The position numbers and the translations under genes are program-made. Below, in pieces: positions 46,703 through 55,184 of a DNA stretch of 64,000 nucleotides; position 1 is the first letter of the stretch, and every line of letters begins with the position of its first letter. Below the pieces are notes generated by a model. It saw only the letters and a program-made list of their open reading frames with translations, did no database searches and was not told the origin of the DNA. This stretch comes from Gemmatimonadota bacterium (lineage in GTDB: Bacteria > Gemmatimonadota > Gemmatimonadetes > JACCXV01 > JAHWKZ01), in assembly GCA_035524965.1 (NCBI GenBank), contig DATLFH010000088.1, positions 33,433 to 97,432 on the forward strand, given 5' to 3'.

Positions 46703-47136
46703 TGTGCACCATGGTGTGCGACATCGACTTTGGAGTTGACCCGTTTTCATGGACGGGTGAGCACTGCGGGCTTCAGACGGGCGCAAGCCACCTCCTCTCG
46801 TAGTTGACGGGGGACGAAAAGGACGTTATGAGAAGAGCCTTCCACTCCGAGTCCGGCCCCTTAACTGATCTCGAAGAGCCGCCGGCTCGGGTACCTCTTC
46901 CAGATCCTCCACGACCCACCCAGATGTCCCGGAAGGCGATTCTGGGCCGTAGACCTCCGCCTGACAGACAATCATGTGATCAGCACTCCTAGACATTATT
47001 CCAACAATACTTAGGCCCACGCTGTGCGAAAAGCCGTGCAAGATGTCGGGTCTTACTAGCACGAGGTTGTCCTCGGTCCCAAGTAAAGAGGATCCGATCT
47101 CCTCGGCAACTGTGCGACATGGTGTGCGACATCGAC
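46703..47136 (+). repeat. Three 12-bp-period tandem pairs of a TGTGCGACAT-like decamer (arm-type-site-like)
   Basis: 46703-24 TGTGCACCAT-GG-TGTGCGACAT; 47023-44 TGTGCGAAAA-GC-CGTGCAAGAT; 47111-32 TGTGCGACAT-GG-TGTGCGACAT. An exact 19-mer is shared by 46710-28 and 47118-36. Confidence 0.75.
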
Positions 47137-47234
47137 CCTAATTCTGCGTGGAGAACGAGGCGGAGGGTTCGCCAGCACGTGGACGAAACCAGCGTGGTTA
47201 CAACAGATCGTGGAAACAGGCGTTTCTTGACCGG

Positions 47235-47281
47235 GAATCGCACTCAGGAGGTCGTCGGTTCGATCCCGATCAGCTCCACCA
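47235..47281 (+). repeat. attR: duplicated 3' 47 nt of tRNA-Ala(CGC)
   Basis: Identical to 43335-43381 (tRNA positions 30-76); the 5' half of the tRNA is absent. Confidence 0.95.
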
Positions 47282-47298
47282 AAGGCGGAAATCGACGC

Positions 47299-47337
47299 GC
47301 GACCCGGCAGCGAACCCCGTTGTCGGGTCGCTTTTTT
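47299..47337 (+). terminator. Rho-independent terminator after attR
   Basis: GCGACCCGGCAGC-loop-GTTGTCGGGTCGC-TTTTTT. Confidence 0.8.
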
Positions 47338-47449
47338 CAGGTCTGCCCTACGCGGCCGGCGGGCCGTTGCCCGCATCCGGGCTGGAATGTACAATTACTG
47401 GCCATGAATACTCGGGCCGCTGACCCCCCAGGCCGGGAGGTGGAGGAGG

Positions 47450-48475
47450 ATGGATCGCAAAGAATTCCGGCGGCTGTTGGTCACCCGGCTGTTGGTACCC
47501 GCGTGGAGCGTGATCGCTTTCGCCGGCTGCAACGGCGACGGAAGCGCGCTTACGAGTTCCTTCACTCCGCCTGCTGACCCTCCACAGACCCAGCCTCCGC
47601 CATCGCCACCGCCCGCGGCCGGAGTCTGCCCGATACCGAGGGGAAGAGTGGAAGTACAGAACAACACGGTAGTGGCGGATAACGGTGCATTGCTGCGCGG
47701 AGCGCACGGCAATGCCACGAATCATGTATACAAGGACCTCTCGTGGTGGGAGGATCTCAGAGATACCTACAAGCTGAATGTTGTCCGGCTCGATACGCGC
47801 ATAACGAAGCCGCATGACTCCAACGATGTTGAAGATCTTGTCAATATGAACAATCTCTTTGCGAACGTGGACGATGCCGTGGATACGGCCGAGCTGGCCG
47901 GCATGTACATCATCATCGACAATCACACGTCATGCTGCCTGAAGTACAATCCGGAACTCGTCAGGAGATTCTGGGAAATGGCGGCCCCTCGATATAAGGA
48001 CCGCACGCATGTTATGTACGAGCTCCAGAACGAGCCGGTAACGGGCAACAAGGGGTTCGAGGACGTGGACATTCAGTTTCAGGAAGAGATGTATCATTTC
48101 ATCCGGCAACGGGCGCCGGACACGCACATCATCTTATGGTCATTCGCCAAGATCACGAACACCTCGAAGAGCGCCGTCGACCGGGCGCCCGGTATCGACT
48201 ATTCGAACGCATCGGTGGGCGCACATCCGTACGGTCATCTGACCCGCGACATCGGGTTTGAACACCTGAGCGAATTGAGAAGCAGTTATCCGGTTTTAAT
48301 CAGCGAGTTTACGATCCTCAAGGAGACCGATCCGGCGCAGGTATGGAACTATGCGGAAGATCAAGAGCTGAGCTGGGTGTATCTCGATCGCAGAGATGGC
48401 GGGAATCATGGGGATGGAGTCGCCGACCCGGAGGAGTGGCCCCTCAACTGGCCGGGGGATCCAGCGTGCCCATGA
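47450..48475 (+). CDS. Glycoside hydrolase family 5 lipoprotein (cellulase-like)
   Basis: Lipobox FAG-C, Pro-rich linker, LNVVRL, IIIDNH, YELQNEP (acid/base Glu), HPY and VLISEF (nucleophile Glu); GGAGGAGG RBS. Confidence 0.88.
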   Translation: MDRKEFRRLLVTRLLVPAWSVIAFAGCNGDGSALTSSFTPPADPPQTQPPPSPPPAAGVCPIPRGRVEVQNNTVVADNGALLRGAHGNATNHVYKDLSWWEDLRDTYKLNVVRLDTRITKPHDSNDVEDLVNMNNLFANVDDAVDTAELAGMYIIIDNHTSCCLKYNPELVRRFWEMAAPRYKDRTHVMYELQNEPVTGNKGFEDVDIQFQEEMYHFIRQRAPDTHIILWSFAKITNTSKSAVDRAPGIDYSNASVGAHPYGHLTRDIGFEHLSELRSSYPVLISEFTILKETDPAQVWNYAEDQELSWVYLDRRDGGNHGDGVADPEEWPLNWPGDPACP

Positions 48476-48490
48476 CTCGGCGGTTGGCCG

Positions 48491-48874
48491 TTGACGGATC
48501 CCGTCGCTGAGGAGCTGCCGCTCTTCGTTTACGGGACCCTGCTCGACCCGACCTTCACCGGCCGGCTCCTCGATCACCCGGTAACCACGGTCGAAGCGCG
48601 GCTGCCCGATTTCGAGATCCTGCGGCTCGAGGGTCTTCCCTTTCCGGCACTTTTCGAGGCGCCCGGGGAAATTGTTGAGGGCCGCCTCTACCGGCGCCTT
48701 GCGGCCGAGGATTACGTCCGACTGGACGCCTACGAGGGCGTTTCGGAAGGGCTCTACCGGCGAGGCGAGGTAGAAGTCGTGGCCGGCCCCCGCGAAGAGA
48801 AGCGGGGGACCGAGCCGGCGCACGTGTACCTTCTGACGGAGAAGACGCTCCGCAACCACGGGATCGTCGAATAG
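48491..48874 (+). CDS. Gamma-glutamylcyclotransferase (AIG2-like) family protein
   Basis: LFVYGTL, FPAL, VEGRLY, LDAYEG and Y.R.EV motifs. Confidence 0.88.
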   Translation: MTDPVAEELPLFVYGTLLDPTFTGRLLDHPVTTVEARLPDFEILRLEGLPFPALFEAPGEIVEGRLYRRLAAEDYVRLDAYEGVSEGLYRRGEVEVVAGPREEKRGTEPAHVYLLTEKTLRNHGIVE

Positions 48875-48887
48875 GATACCCTTCCTC

Positions 48888-50825
48888 ATGTCCGAAAAGA
48901 GGGCGATCACCGTCACCCTGCCGGACGGCTCGGACGTCCAGGTGCCGGCCGGAGCCTCTCCGCTCGATGTCGCGGCGCGAATTGGCGCCCGGCTGGCCGC
49001 GGCCGCGATCGTGGCCGATGTCGACGGCAGCCTGCAGGATCTCGCGCGTCCGCTGGCGGGCGACGCCCACCTCCGCATCCTGACCGATCGCGATCCCGCG
49101 TCGCTCGAGGTGTACCGCCACTCGACCGCCCACCTCATGGCTCAGGCGGTGCAACGACTCTGGCCGGAGACGCGGGTCACGATCGGTCCCGTCATCGAAG
49201 GCGGCTTCTACTACGACTTCGACCGCGCGGAGCCGTTCACGCCCGAGGACTTCGAGGCGATCGAGGCCGAGATGACGCGGATCGTCGCGGAGGACCTGCC
49301 GATCCAACGCGAGGTCGTGGCGCGGGACGAGGCGATCGCGCTCTTCCGCGAGCGCGACGAGCCGTACAAGGTCGAGATCGTCGAGGATCTCCCGCCGGAC
49401 GCAATCCTGACCCTGTACCGACAGGGGGAGTGGCTGGACCTCTGTCGTGGACCCCACGTCCCCGCGACCGGGCGCCTCGGCCACTTCAAGCTCCAGACGA
49501 CCGCGGGCGCCTACTGGCGGGGGGACGAGCGGAACCGGATGCTGACCCGGATCTACGGGACGGCGTTCTTCCGCAGGAAGGACCTGGACGAGCACCTCGC
49601 GCGGCTGGAGGAGGCCAAGGCGCGGGACCACCGGAAGCTCGGCCGCGAGCTCGACCTCTTCTCGTTCCATCCGAACGCGCCGGCCAGCCCCTACTTCCAT
49701 CCCAAGGGAGCCTGGATCTACAACCGGTTGCTCGGGTTCATGCGCGATCTCTATGCCGACGACTGGCCGCACGACGAGATCGTGACCCCCCAGATCTACG
49801 ACGTCGAGTTGTGGCACCGGTCGGGCCATTACGACAACTACCGGGAGCACATGTTCTTCACCGGCGCGGACGAGCGGGAGATGGCGGTCAAGCCGATGAA
49901 CTGCCCGGCGGCGACCTTCGTCTACGGGGGCCAGAAGCGTTCCTACCGTGATCTGCCGCTGCGGTACGCGGATTTCGGCCGCCTCCACCGCTACGAAAAG
50001 TCGGGCGTCGTGACGGGCCTCTTCCGCGTGCGGACGTTCGTGCAGGACGATGCCCACATCTTCTGCACCCCCGAGCAGATCCAGGCGGAGGTGACGTCCC
50101 TCATCGGGCTCGTGCAATACGTCCTGGAAGACGTATTCGGCTTCGAGATCGGGATCGACCTGTCGACCCGGCCGCCCGACCCATTCGGATCGGAGGCGAT
50201 TTGGGACATGGCGGAAACCGCGCTGCGGCAAGCGCTTGAGACCAACCACCTCGAGTACCGCATCGCGGACGGGGAGGGGGCCTTCTACGGACCCAAGATC
50301 GACTTCCAGGCGACCGATGCGCTCGCTCGGAAATGGCAGCTCTCCACGATCCAGCTCGACTTCAACCTGCCCGAACGTTTCGATCTCACCTACACGACGC
50401 CGTCCGGTGAGGAAGCGCGGCCGGTCGTCATCCACCGCGCGATCCTGGGGTCGATCGAGCGTTTCATGGGGATCCTGATCGAGCACTACGCTGGCGCCTT
50501 CCCGACGTGGCTGGCGCCGGAACAGGTGCGGATCATTCCCGTGAGCGACGCCTACGTAGAGTATGCCGAAACGGTCGCCGACCACTTGCGGCAGAAGGAG
50601 CTGAGGCCGCACGTCGACGCCCGCCGCGAGGGGGTCGGCTACAAGATCCGCGATGCCGAGGTCCACAAGGTGCCGTACATGATCGTGGTCGGCGAACGCG
50701 AGGTCGGGACGAGCCAGGTCAGCGTACGCTCCCACGGCGCCGGCGAGCTGGGGTCGATGGATCTCGATCATTTCGTCCACCGGCTCCTCGACGAAGCCGA
50801 GCCGCCCCGTCCACCGCGGGGGTGA
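48888..50825 (+). CDS. thrS: Threonine--tRNA ligase
   Basis: TGS domain, RHSTAH, DLCRGPH, RDHRKLG, KPMNCP, GAFYGPKID and HRAILGSIERF motifs. Confidence 0.98.
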   Translation: MSEKRAITVTLPDGSDVQVPAGASPLDVAARIGARLAAAAIVADVDGSLQDLARPLAGDAHLRILTDRDPASLEVYRHSTAHLMAQAVQRLWPETRVTIGPVIEGGFYYDFDRAEPFTPEDFEAIEAEMTRIVAEDLPIQREVVARDEAIALFRERDEPYKVEIVEDLPPDAILTLYRQGEWLDLCRGPHVPATGRLGHFKLQTTAGAYWRGDERNRMLTRIYGTAFFRRKDLDEHLARLEEAKARDHRKLGRELDLFSFHPNAPASPYFHPKGAWIYNRLLGFMRDLYADDWPHDEIVTPQIYDVELWHRSGHYDNYREHMFFTGADEREMAVKPMNCPAATFVYGGQKRSYRDLPLRYADFGRLHRYEKSGVVTGLFRVRTFVQDDAHIFCTPEQIQAEVTSLIGLVQYVLEDVFGFEIGIDLSTRPPDPFGSEAIWDMAETALRQALETNHLEYRIADGEGAFYGPKIDFQATDALARKWQLSTIQLDFNLPERFDLTYTTPSGEEARPVVIHRAILGSIERFMGILIEHYAGAFPTWLAPEQVRIIPVSDAYVEYAETVADHLRQKELRPHVDARREGVGYKIRDAEVHKVPYMIVVGEREVGTSQVSVRSHGAGELGSMDLDHFVHRLLDEAEPPRPPRG

Positions 50826-51970
50826 AGCGGATCTCGGTCTTCGGCGCCGGGCGGGTCGGGGCGTTGATCGCGCGCGATCTGGCGGCTGACCCGGGGCTCG
50901 AGGTCCATGTGGCCGACCGGAGCGCCGCGGCCCTCGAGCGCCTGACCGCCGACGTCCCCGTCCGGGTCCATCGCCTCGATCTGGGCGAATGCGAGGCGAT
51001 CCGCGAGGTCGCCGGGATGTCCGACGTCGCGGTCGGGGCAGTCCCCGGCGCGCTCGGCTTCCGGCTGGTCGAGACGCTGATCGATGCCGGCACGCCCGCC
51101 GTCGACATCTCCTTCTTTTCTGAGGATCCCTTCCTCCTGGACGCGGCTGCGCGCGAGCGCGGAGTCCCCGTCGTCGTCGACTCCGGGGTAGCGCCGGGAA
51201 TCTCCAATCTCCTGGCCGGCCGCGCCGCCGCCGAGCTGGAGCCGCTGGAGTCGATCCGGATCCTGGTCGGCGGCCTTCCTCTAGCGCCGGTGGCTCCGTG
51301 GGGATACCGCGCGGTTTTCTCGCCCGCCGACGTGCTCGAGGAGTATGTCCGGCCCAGCCGCTTCAGGGTGGATGGAGCGGAGATCGTCGCCCCGGCCCTC
51401 TCCGACGTCGAGCTCGTCGAGTTCCCGGGGATCGGCACGCTCGAGGCGTTCCTCACCGACGGTCTCAGGACGCTCCTCGCGACCTCACCCGCGCGAACGC
51501 TCGTCGAGAAGACGCTCCGTTGGCCGGGTCACGCCGACCGGGTGCGGCTGCTTCGGGACACGGGGTTCTTCGACACCGAGCCGATCGACCTGGGCGGCGC
51601 CGAGGTCGCGCCGCGCGACCTGACGCTCGCCCTCCTCGGCGAGCAATGGGCGCTCGGTGAAAGCGAGGAGGAGTTCACGCTGCTGCGGGTCGAGGCGATC
51701 GGAATCCGGGGCGCCCGTCGCGAGCGGATCCGCTGGGATCTGCTCGATCGCACCGATCCGGCCACCGGGGCGACCTCGATGGCGCGAACATCGGGCTTCC
51801 CGGCGGCGATCGTCGCGCGGTTGTTGGCCGAGGGCCGCTGGAACCAGCCGGGCGTCTACGCTCCGGAGGAGCTCGGCGCCAGGGCCGAGGTCGCAGAGCG
51901 GGTCCTGTCCGAGCTCGCGCGGCGCGGCATCCGCGTGCGGCGGGAAGCAACCCCGCTCGATCCGGAGTAG
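50822..51970 (+). CDS. Saccharopine dehydrogenase / lysine 6-dehydrogenase family protein
   Basis: GTG 50822; GAGRVG, DISF, DSGVAPGISN, VGGLP, EAFLTDGLRTL, EKTLRWPGH and SMARTSG motifs. Confidence 0.88.
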   Translation: MKRISVFGAGRVGALIARDLAADPGLEVHVADRSAAALERLTADVPVRVHRLDLGECEAIREVAGMSDVAVGAVPGALGFRLVETLIDAGTPAVDISFFSEDPFLLDAAARERGVPVVVDSGVAPGISNLLAGRAAAELEPLESIRILVGGLPLAPVAPWGYRAVFSPADVLEEYVRPSRFRVDGAEIVAPALSDVELVEFPGIGTLEAFLTDGLRTLLATSPARTLVEKTLRWPGHADRVRLLRDTGFFDTEPIDLGGAEVAPRDLTLALLGEQWALGESEEEFTLLRVEAIGIRGARRERIRWDLLDRTDPATGATSMARTSGFPAAIVARLLAEGRWNQPGVYAPEELGARAEVAERVLSELARRGIRVRREATPLDPE

Positions 51971-52001
51971 AGCCTTGCCGCCGGGCGACACGGCGGCAAC
52001 G

Positions 52002-54368
52002 TCACGCGTCTTTCGCGCAGCGGAAGCCGGCGAAGATCTGCCGGCGCTCGGGGAGATCCCAGTTGCGGAAGGTGTTGCGGGCGACGATCGACGACGTCGC
52101 CCAGGACCCACCGCGCAGGACCCGATACCCCCTTCCGAAGTGGACCTCCGAGTACTCGCGGTAGGGAAACGGTTCGAAGCCGGGGTAGGGCAGGAGCTCG
52201 CTCGCCGTCCACTCCCACACATCGCCGATCATCTGATGGCAGCCGTAGAAGGACCGCCCGCCGGGATAGGCCCCGACGGATGCGGGCGCGAACGTCCGGG
52301 CGTCCAGGTTCGCGCGCCGGGCCTCGGGTGACTCATCGCCCCACGGATAGCGACGGGTGATCCGGATCTCGGGGTCCCACGCCGCCGCTTTCTCCCACTC
52401 GATCTCGGTCGGGAGGCGCTTGCCGGCCGCACGCGCATAGGCGTCCGCCTCGTACCACGAGACGTGCTGGACGGGTCGCGCGGGAACGAGCGGCTCGGAG
52501 CCTCCGAAGCCGACCTCCTGCCAGCTTGATCCGGCAGCGCGCCAGGCGCCGGGGTGACGGACCTCCGCCTCCAATCGCCATGCCCAACCTTCCTCGGTCC
52601 ACCACTCGCGGCATTCGTAGCCGCCCCGCTCGATGAACTCCAGGAAACCGCCGTTGGTGACCGGAGCGGTGTCGATCCAGAAGTCATCCACAGGGACCCA
52701 ATGGACGGGCCGCTCGTTGTCGTAGGTGCCAGTCGGGTCGTCGCTCCCGGCGGGGAAATCACCTCGCGGGACGATGACCATCTCGGTGTCGGGCGGGAGG
52801 CTCGGCCGCGGCGTCGCCTCACGCTGGGCGGGCTCGTAGACGAGGTCCTCCATTCGCGCAACCGCCTGGAGGATCGTCTCCTGATGCTGTGCCTCGTGCT
52901 GGGCGAGCATGTGGTAGACGAAACCGCCCTTCAGCAGCGCGTCGCCGCCGTCCAGGTCCGCGCCATGCAGCTTCCGGAGACGTTCGAGTGCTTGCTGCCG
53001 GACCTTCCCGAGGCGGCGGAGGAGCTCCTCGCGTGCGGGGAGCGCCAGCGCGCCCCTCCTGGAGCGCGGCGTCCTGACGGCGTCGTAATCGGGGGTCAGA
53101 ACGCCGCGCGGCCCCTCCCCCGATGCCGGCGCGTCGATCGCCCTGACGAGCCACAGCTCCTCGAACTCCGCCATGTGCGCCAGGTCCCACCCGATCGGCG
53201 AGAGGATCGGGAGGACCTGGCGGCGGAGCTGCTCCTCGGAGAGCGCGTCGATCAGGGAGAGGGTCTGCCGGCGCACGGCCTGGAGCCGGGCCGCGAGGGG
53301 CGCCCACGCAGGCGGGCGCGAGGCGGCCACGGCCCGCCGGCAGAGGAGGAGCGCGAAGCGGCCGCCACCATCTGTCAACGCCCGCTCCAGCCGGAAGTCG
53401 AACCGCGCCAGATCGGACTCGATGCCGTCGAGCCGGTACTTCCGGCTGATCTCGGTCAGGATCATCTCGCCGGCGGCGATACGGAAATTGCGCTCGATCG
53501 CCGGGAGCTCAACCCGGACGGCCTCGCGGAAGCGGGCGTAGATCTCGATCCGCTCGAGCCGGTCGTTCCAGTAGGCGACGTGCTCGATCGCGCCCAGGGG
53601 GATGTCGCAAGCCAGCTCTCGGTTCATCCGGCGGAAGAGGTTCCTGGTGAACTCCTGGCTGGCGCCGGCCGCGTCGTTGTAGGCGGCCTCGAGAACGGCC
53701 ACGTCCTTGACGAGATCGATCCCGAGGAGGAGCGCGTCCTCGGGTGCGAGGCGCGCATTCAGGCGACCCAGGAAGGCGTCGGTCTCGGCGGGGTTGAAGT
53801 TCCCGATCGTGGAGCCGAGGAAGACGAGGCAGAGCGGAGAGTGGCCTGCGATCACGTCGAGGCCCCGCTCGTACGAGGTCGCGAGACCGGTGATCGAGAG
53901 GCTCGGAAACTCCCCCGCGAGCCGTTCGGCAGCGGCGGTCAGCACCGAAGCGTCGATGTCGATTGGAACGTACTGGGCCGCATCCCCGGCTTGCGTCCAG
54001 GCGGCTAGCAGATGGCGCGTCTTGGACGCCGTCCCGGCGCCCAGCTCGACCAGGGGAAGGGGGCCGACCGCGTCACGGATCGTGCCGGCTTCGGCGGCCA
54101 GGATCTCGGTCTCGGCGCGGGTCGGATAGTACTCCGGCTGGTCGGTGATCCTGGTGAAGAGCTCGCTCCCGGCCTCGTCGTACAGGTAGCGGCAGTGGAG
54201 CCAGCGCGGGTGGTCGGACAGGCCGCGGGCGACGCTGTACGCGAAGGCCTCGGCGGCGGTCGGCGTCGCGTCGACGAAGACGATCCAACCATCCCCCGAC
54301 CGCTCGCTGAACGACGGAGGGCCGGTGATGAGGAGGTCCGCAGTGGCGGTTCGGGTGGCGCCCGGCAT
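52002..54368 (-). CDS. egtD-egtB: Fusion of EgtD-like SAM methyltransferase (N-terminal) and EgtB sulfoxide synthase (C-terminal, DinB + FGE domains)
   Basis: EgtD: YLYD..GSELF..IT..PEYYPTR, ELGAG, FLGSTIGN, TEISRK. EgtB: WDLAH, QHEAQH, LPTEIEWEKAA, GDVWEW, PYREYS, RNWDLPERRQIFAGFRCA. One continuous 788-aa frame. Confidence 0.92.
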   Translation of the reverse strand: MPGATRTATADLLITGPPSFSERSGDGWIVFVDATPTAAEAFAYSVARGLSDHPRWLHCRYLYDEAGSELFTRITDQPEYYPTRAETEILAAEAGTIRDAVGPLPLVELGAGTASKTRHLLAAWTQAGDAAQYVPIDIDASVLTAAAERLAGEFPSLSITGLATSYERGLDVIAGHSPLCLVFLGSTIGNFNPAETDAFLGRLNARLAPEDALLLGIDLVKDVAVLEAAYNDAAGASQEFTRNLFRRMNRELACDIPLGAIEHVAYWNDRLERIEIYARFREAVRVELPAIERNFRIAAGEMILTEISRKYRLDGIESDLARFDFRLERALTDGGGRFALLLCRRAVAASRPPAWAPLAARLQAVRRQTLSLIDALSEEQLRRQVLPILSPIGWDLAHMAEFEELWLVRAIDAPASGEGPRGVLTPDYDAVRTPRSRRGALALPAREELLRRLGKVRQQALERLRKLHGADLDGGDALLKGGFVYHMLAQHEAQHQETILQAVARMEDLVYEPAQREATPRPSLPPDTEMVIVPRGDFPAGSDDPTGTYDNERPVHWVPVDDFWIDTAPVTNGGFLEFIERGGYECREWWTEEGWAWRLEAEVRHPGAWRAAGSSWQEVGFGGSEPLVPARPVQHVSWYEADAYARAAGKRLPTEIEWEKAAAWDPEIRITRRYPWGDESPEARRANLDARTFAPASVGAYPGGRSFYGCHQMIGDVWEWTASELLPYPGFEPFPYREYSEVHFGRGYRVLRGGSWATSSIVARNTFRNWDLPERRQIFAGFRCAKDA

Positions 54369-54398
54369 CTTTTCCTATATTCGCGCCCGAGGACGGAA

Positions 54399-55184
54399 AT
54401 GGCGAACCCCTGCTGCGTCGCCCCCTCGCCGGTCGCGGCTCTTCCGGCGGTCGAGTTCGCGGGCGCCACCTTCACACTGCCCGATGGACGTGCCCTCGTC
54501 GATGTGCTCTCGATGTCGGTCGGGGAGCAGGAGACGGTCGTGCTCGTCGGCCGATCGGGAGCCGGCAAGACGACCGCGCTCAAGCTTGTGAACCGTCTCC
54601 TCGAGCCGACCGCCGGAATCGTCCGTGTGGCGGGGCGCCCGACGACGGAGTGGGATCCGGTCGAGCTCCGTCGCCGGACCGGCTGGGTGATCCAGGAGAT
54701 CGGCCTCTTCCCGCACATGACGGTCGCGCGGAACGTGGGGCTCGTGCCGGAGCTCCTGGGTTGGGACAGGAGCCGGATCGAGGCGCGGACGCGCGAGCTC
54801 CTGGAGATGGTGGACCTGCCCGCGAACGAGTTCGCCGATCGACGCCCGCATCAACTGTCCGGCGGGCAGCGACAGCGGGTCGGCGTCGCGCGGGCGCTCG
54901 CCGCGGACCCGCCGCTCCTCCTCCTGGACGAGCCCTTCGGCGCGCTCGACCCCCTGACGCGGAGGGAGCTTCAGCTCGCGTTCCGGTCGCTCGTTCGTCG
55001 CCTCGGGAAAGCCGCGCTCTTCGTGACCCACGACCTTCGCGAGGCGCTCGCGCTGGGCGACCGCGTGGGCCTCATGGCGGGCGGCCGGCTCGAGCTGCTG
55101 GCGGGGCCGGATGATTTCCTCGCGTCGACAAGATCCGACGTGCGGGCACTCGTCGCGACGCTCGACGGGTCGCGCGGTGATTGA
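54399..55184 (+). CDS. Osmoprotectant/betaine-type ABC transporter ATP-binding subunit (OpuCA-like, no CBS domains)
   Basis: ATG 54399; GRSGAGKTT, VIQEIGLFPHMTV, LSGGQRQRVGVARALAADP, DEPFGALDP and VTHD motifs. Confidence 0.92.
   Translation: MANPCCVAPSPVAALPAVEFAGATFTLPDGRALVDVLSMSVGEQETVVLVGRSGAGKTTALKLVNRLLEPTAGIVRVAGRPTTEWDPVELRRRTGWVIQEIGLFPHMTVARNVGLVPELLGWDRSRIEARTRELLEMVDLPANEFADRRPHQLSGGQRQRVGVARALAADPPLLLLDEPFGALDPLTRRELQLAFRSLVRRLGKAALFVTHDLREALALGDRVGLMAGGRLELLAGPDDFLASTRSDVRALVATLDGSRGD

Larger units (their letters stand above)
43335..47281. mobile_element. 3.9-kb tRNA-integrated genomic islet bounded by att direct repeats; no integrase gene
   Basis: Exact 47-bp direct repeat 43335-43381 = 47235-47281; low-GC intergenic DNA; arm-type-like repeats. 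Confidence 0.85.

Noticed and set aside
46826-47062. Minus-strand ORF with LHGFSHS...DH...VY, reminiscent of the tyrosine-integrase H-x-x-R/H/Y region
   Set aside because: The catalytic Arg is Ser, spacing is short by several residues, and the motif coincides with the 47023-44 DNA repeat, so the resemblance is probably incidental. A tBLASTn/HMM search would settle it.
46703-47281. Possible CRISPR array from the repeated 19-mer
   Set aside because: Only two exact copies 408 bp apart, no regular spacers and no cas genes.
51755-51780. DPATGAT, a perfect ApbE flavinylation motif, in the saccharopine dehydrogenase-like protein
   Set aside because: The protein has no signal peptide and is cytoplasmic, while ApbE acts extracytoplasmically.
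52002-54368. Selenoneine (SenA) or ovothiol (OvoA) interpretation of the EgtB-like domain
   Set aside because: No senB/senC in the window; the methyltransferase is N-terminal and EgtD-like, unlike OvoA; the C-terminal RNWD.P.RRQIF motif fits type I EgtB.
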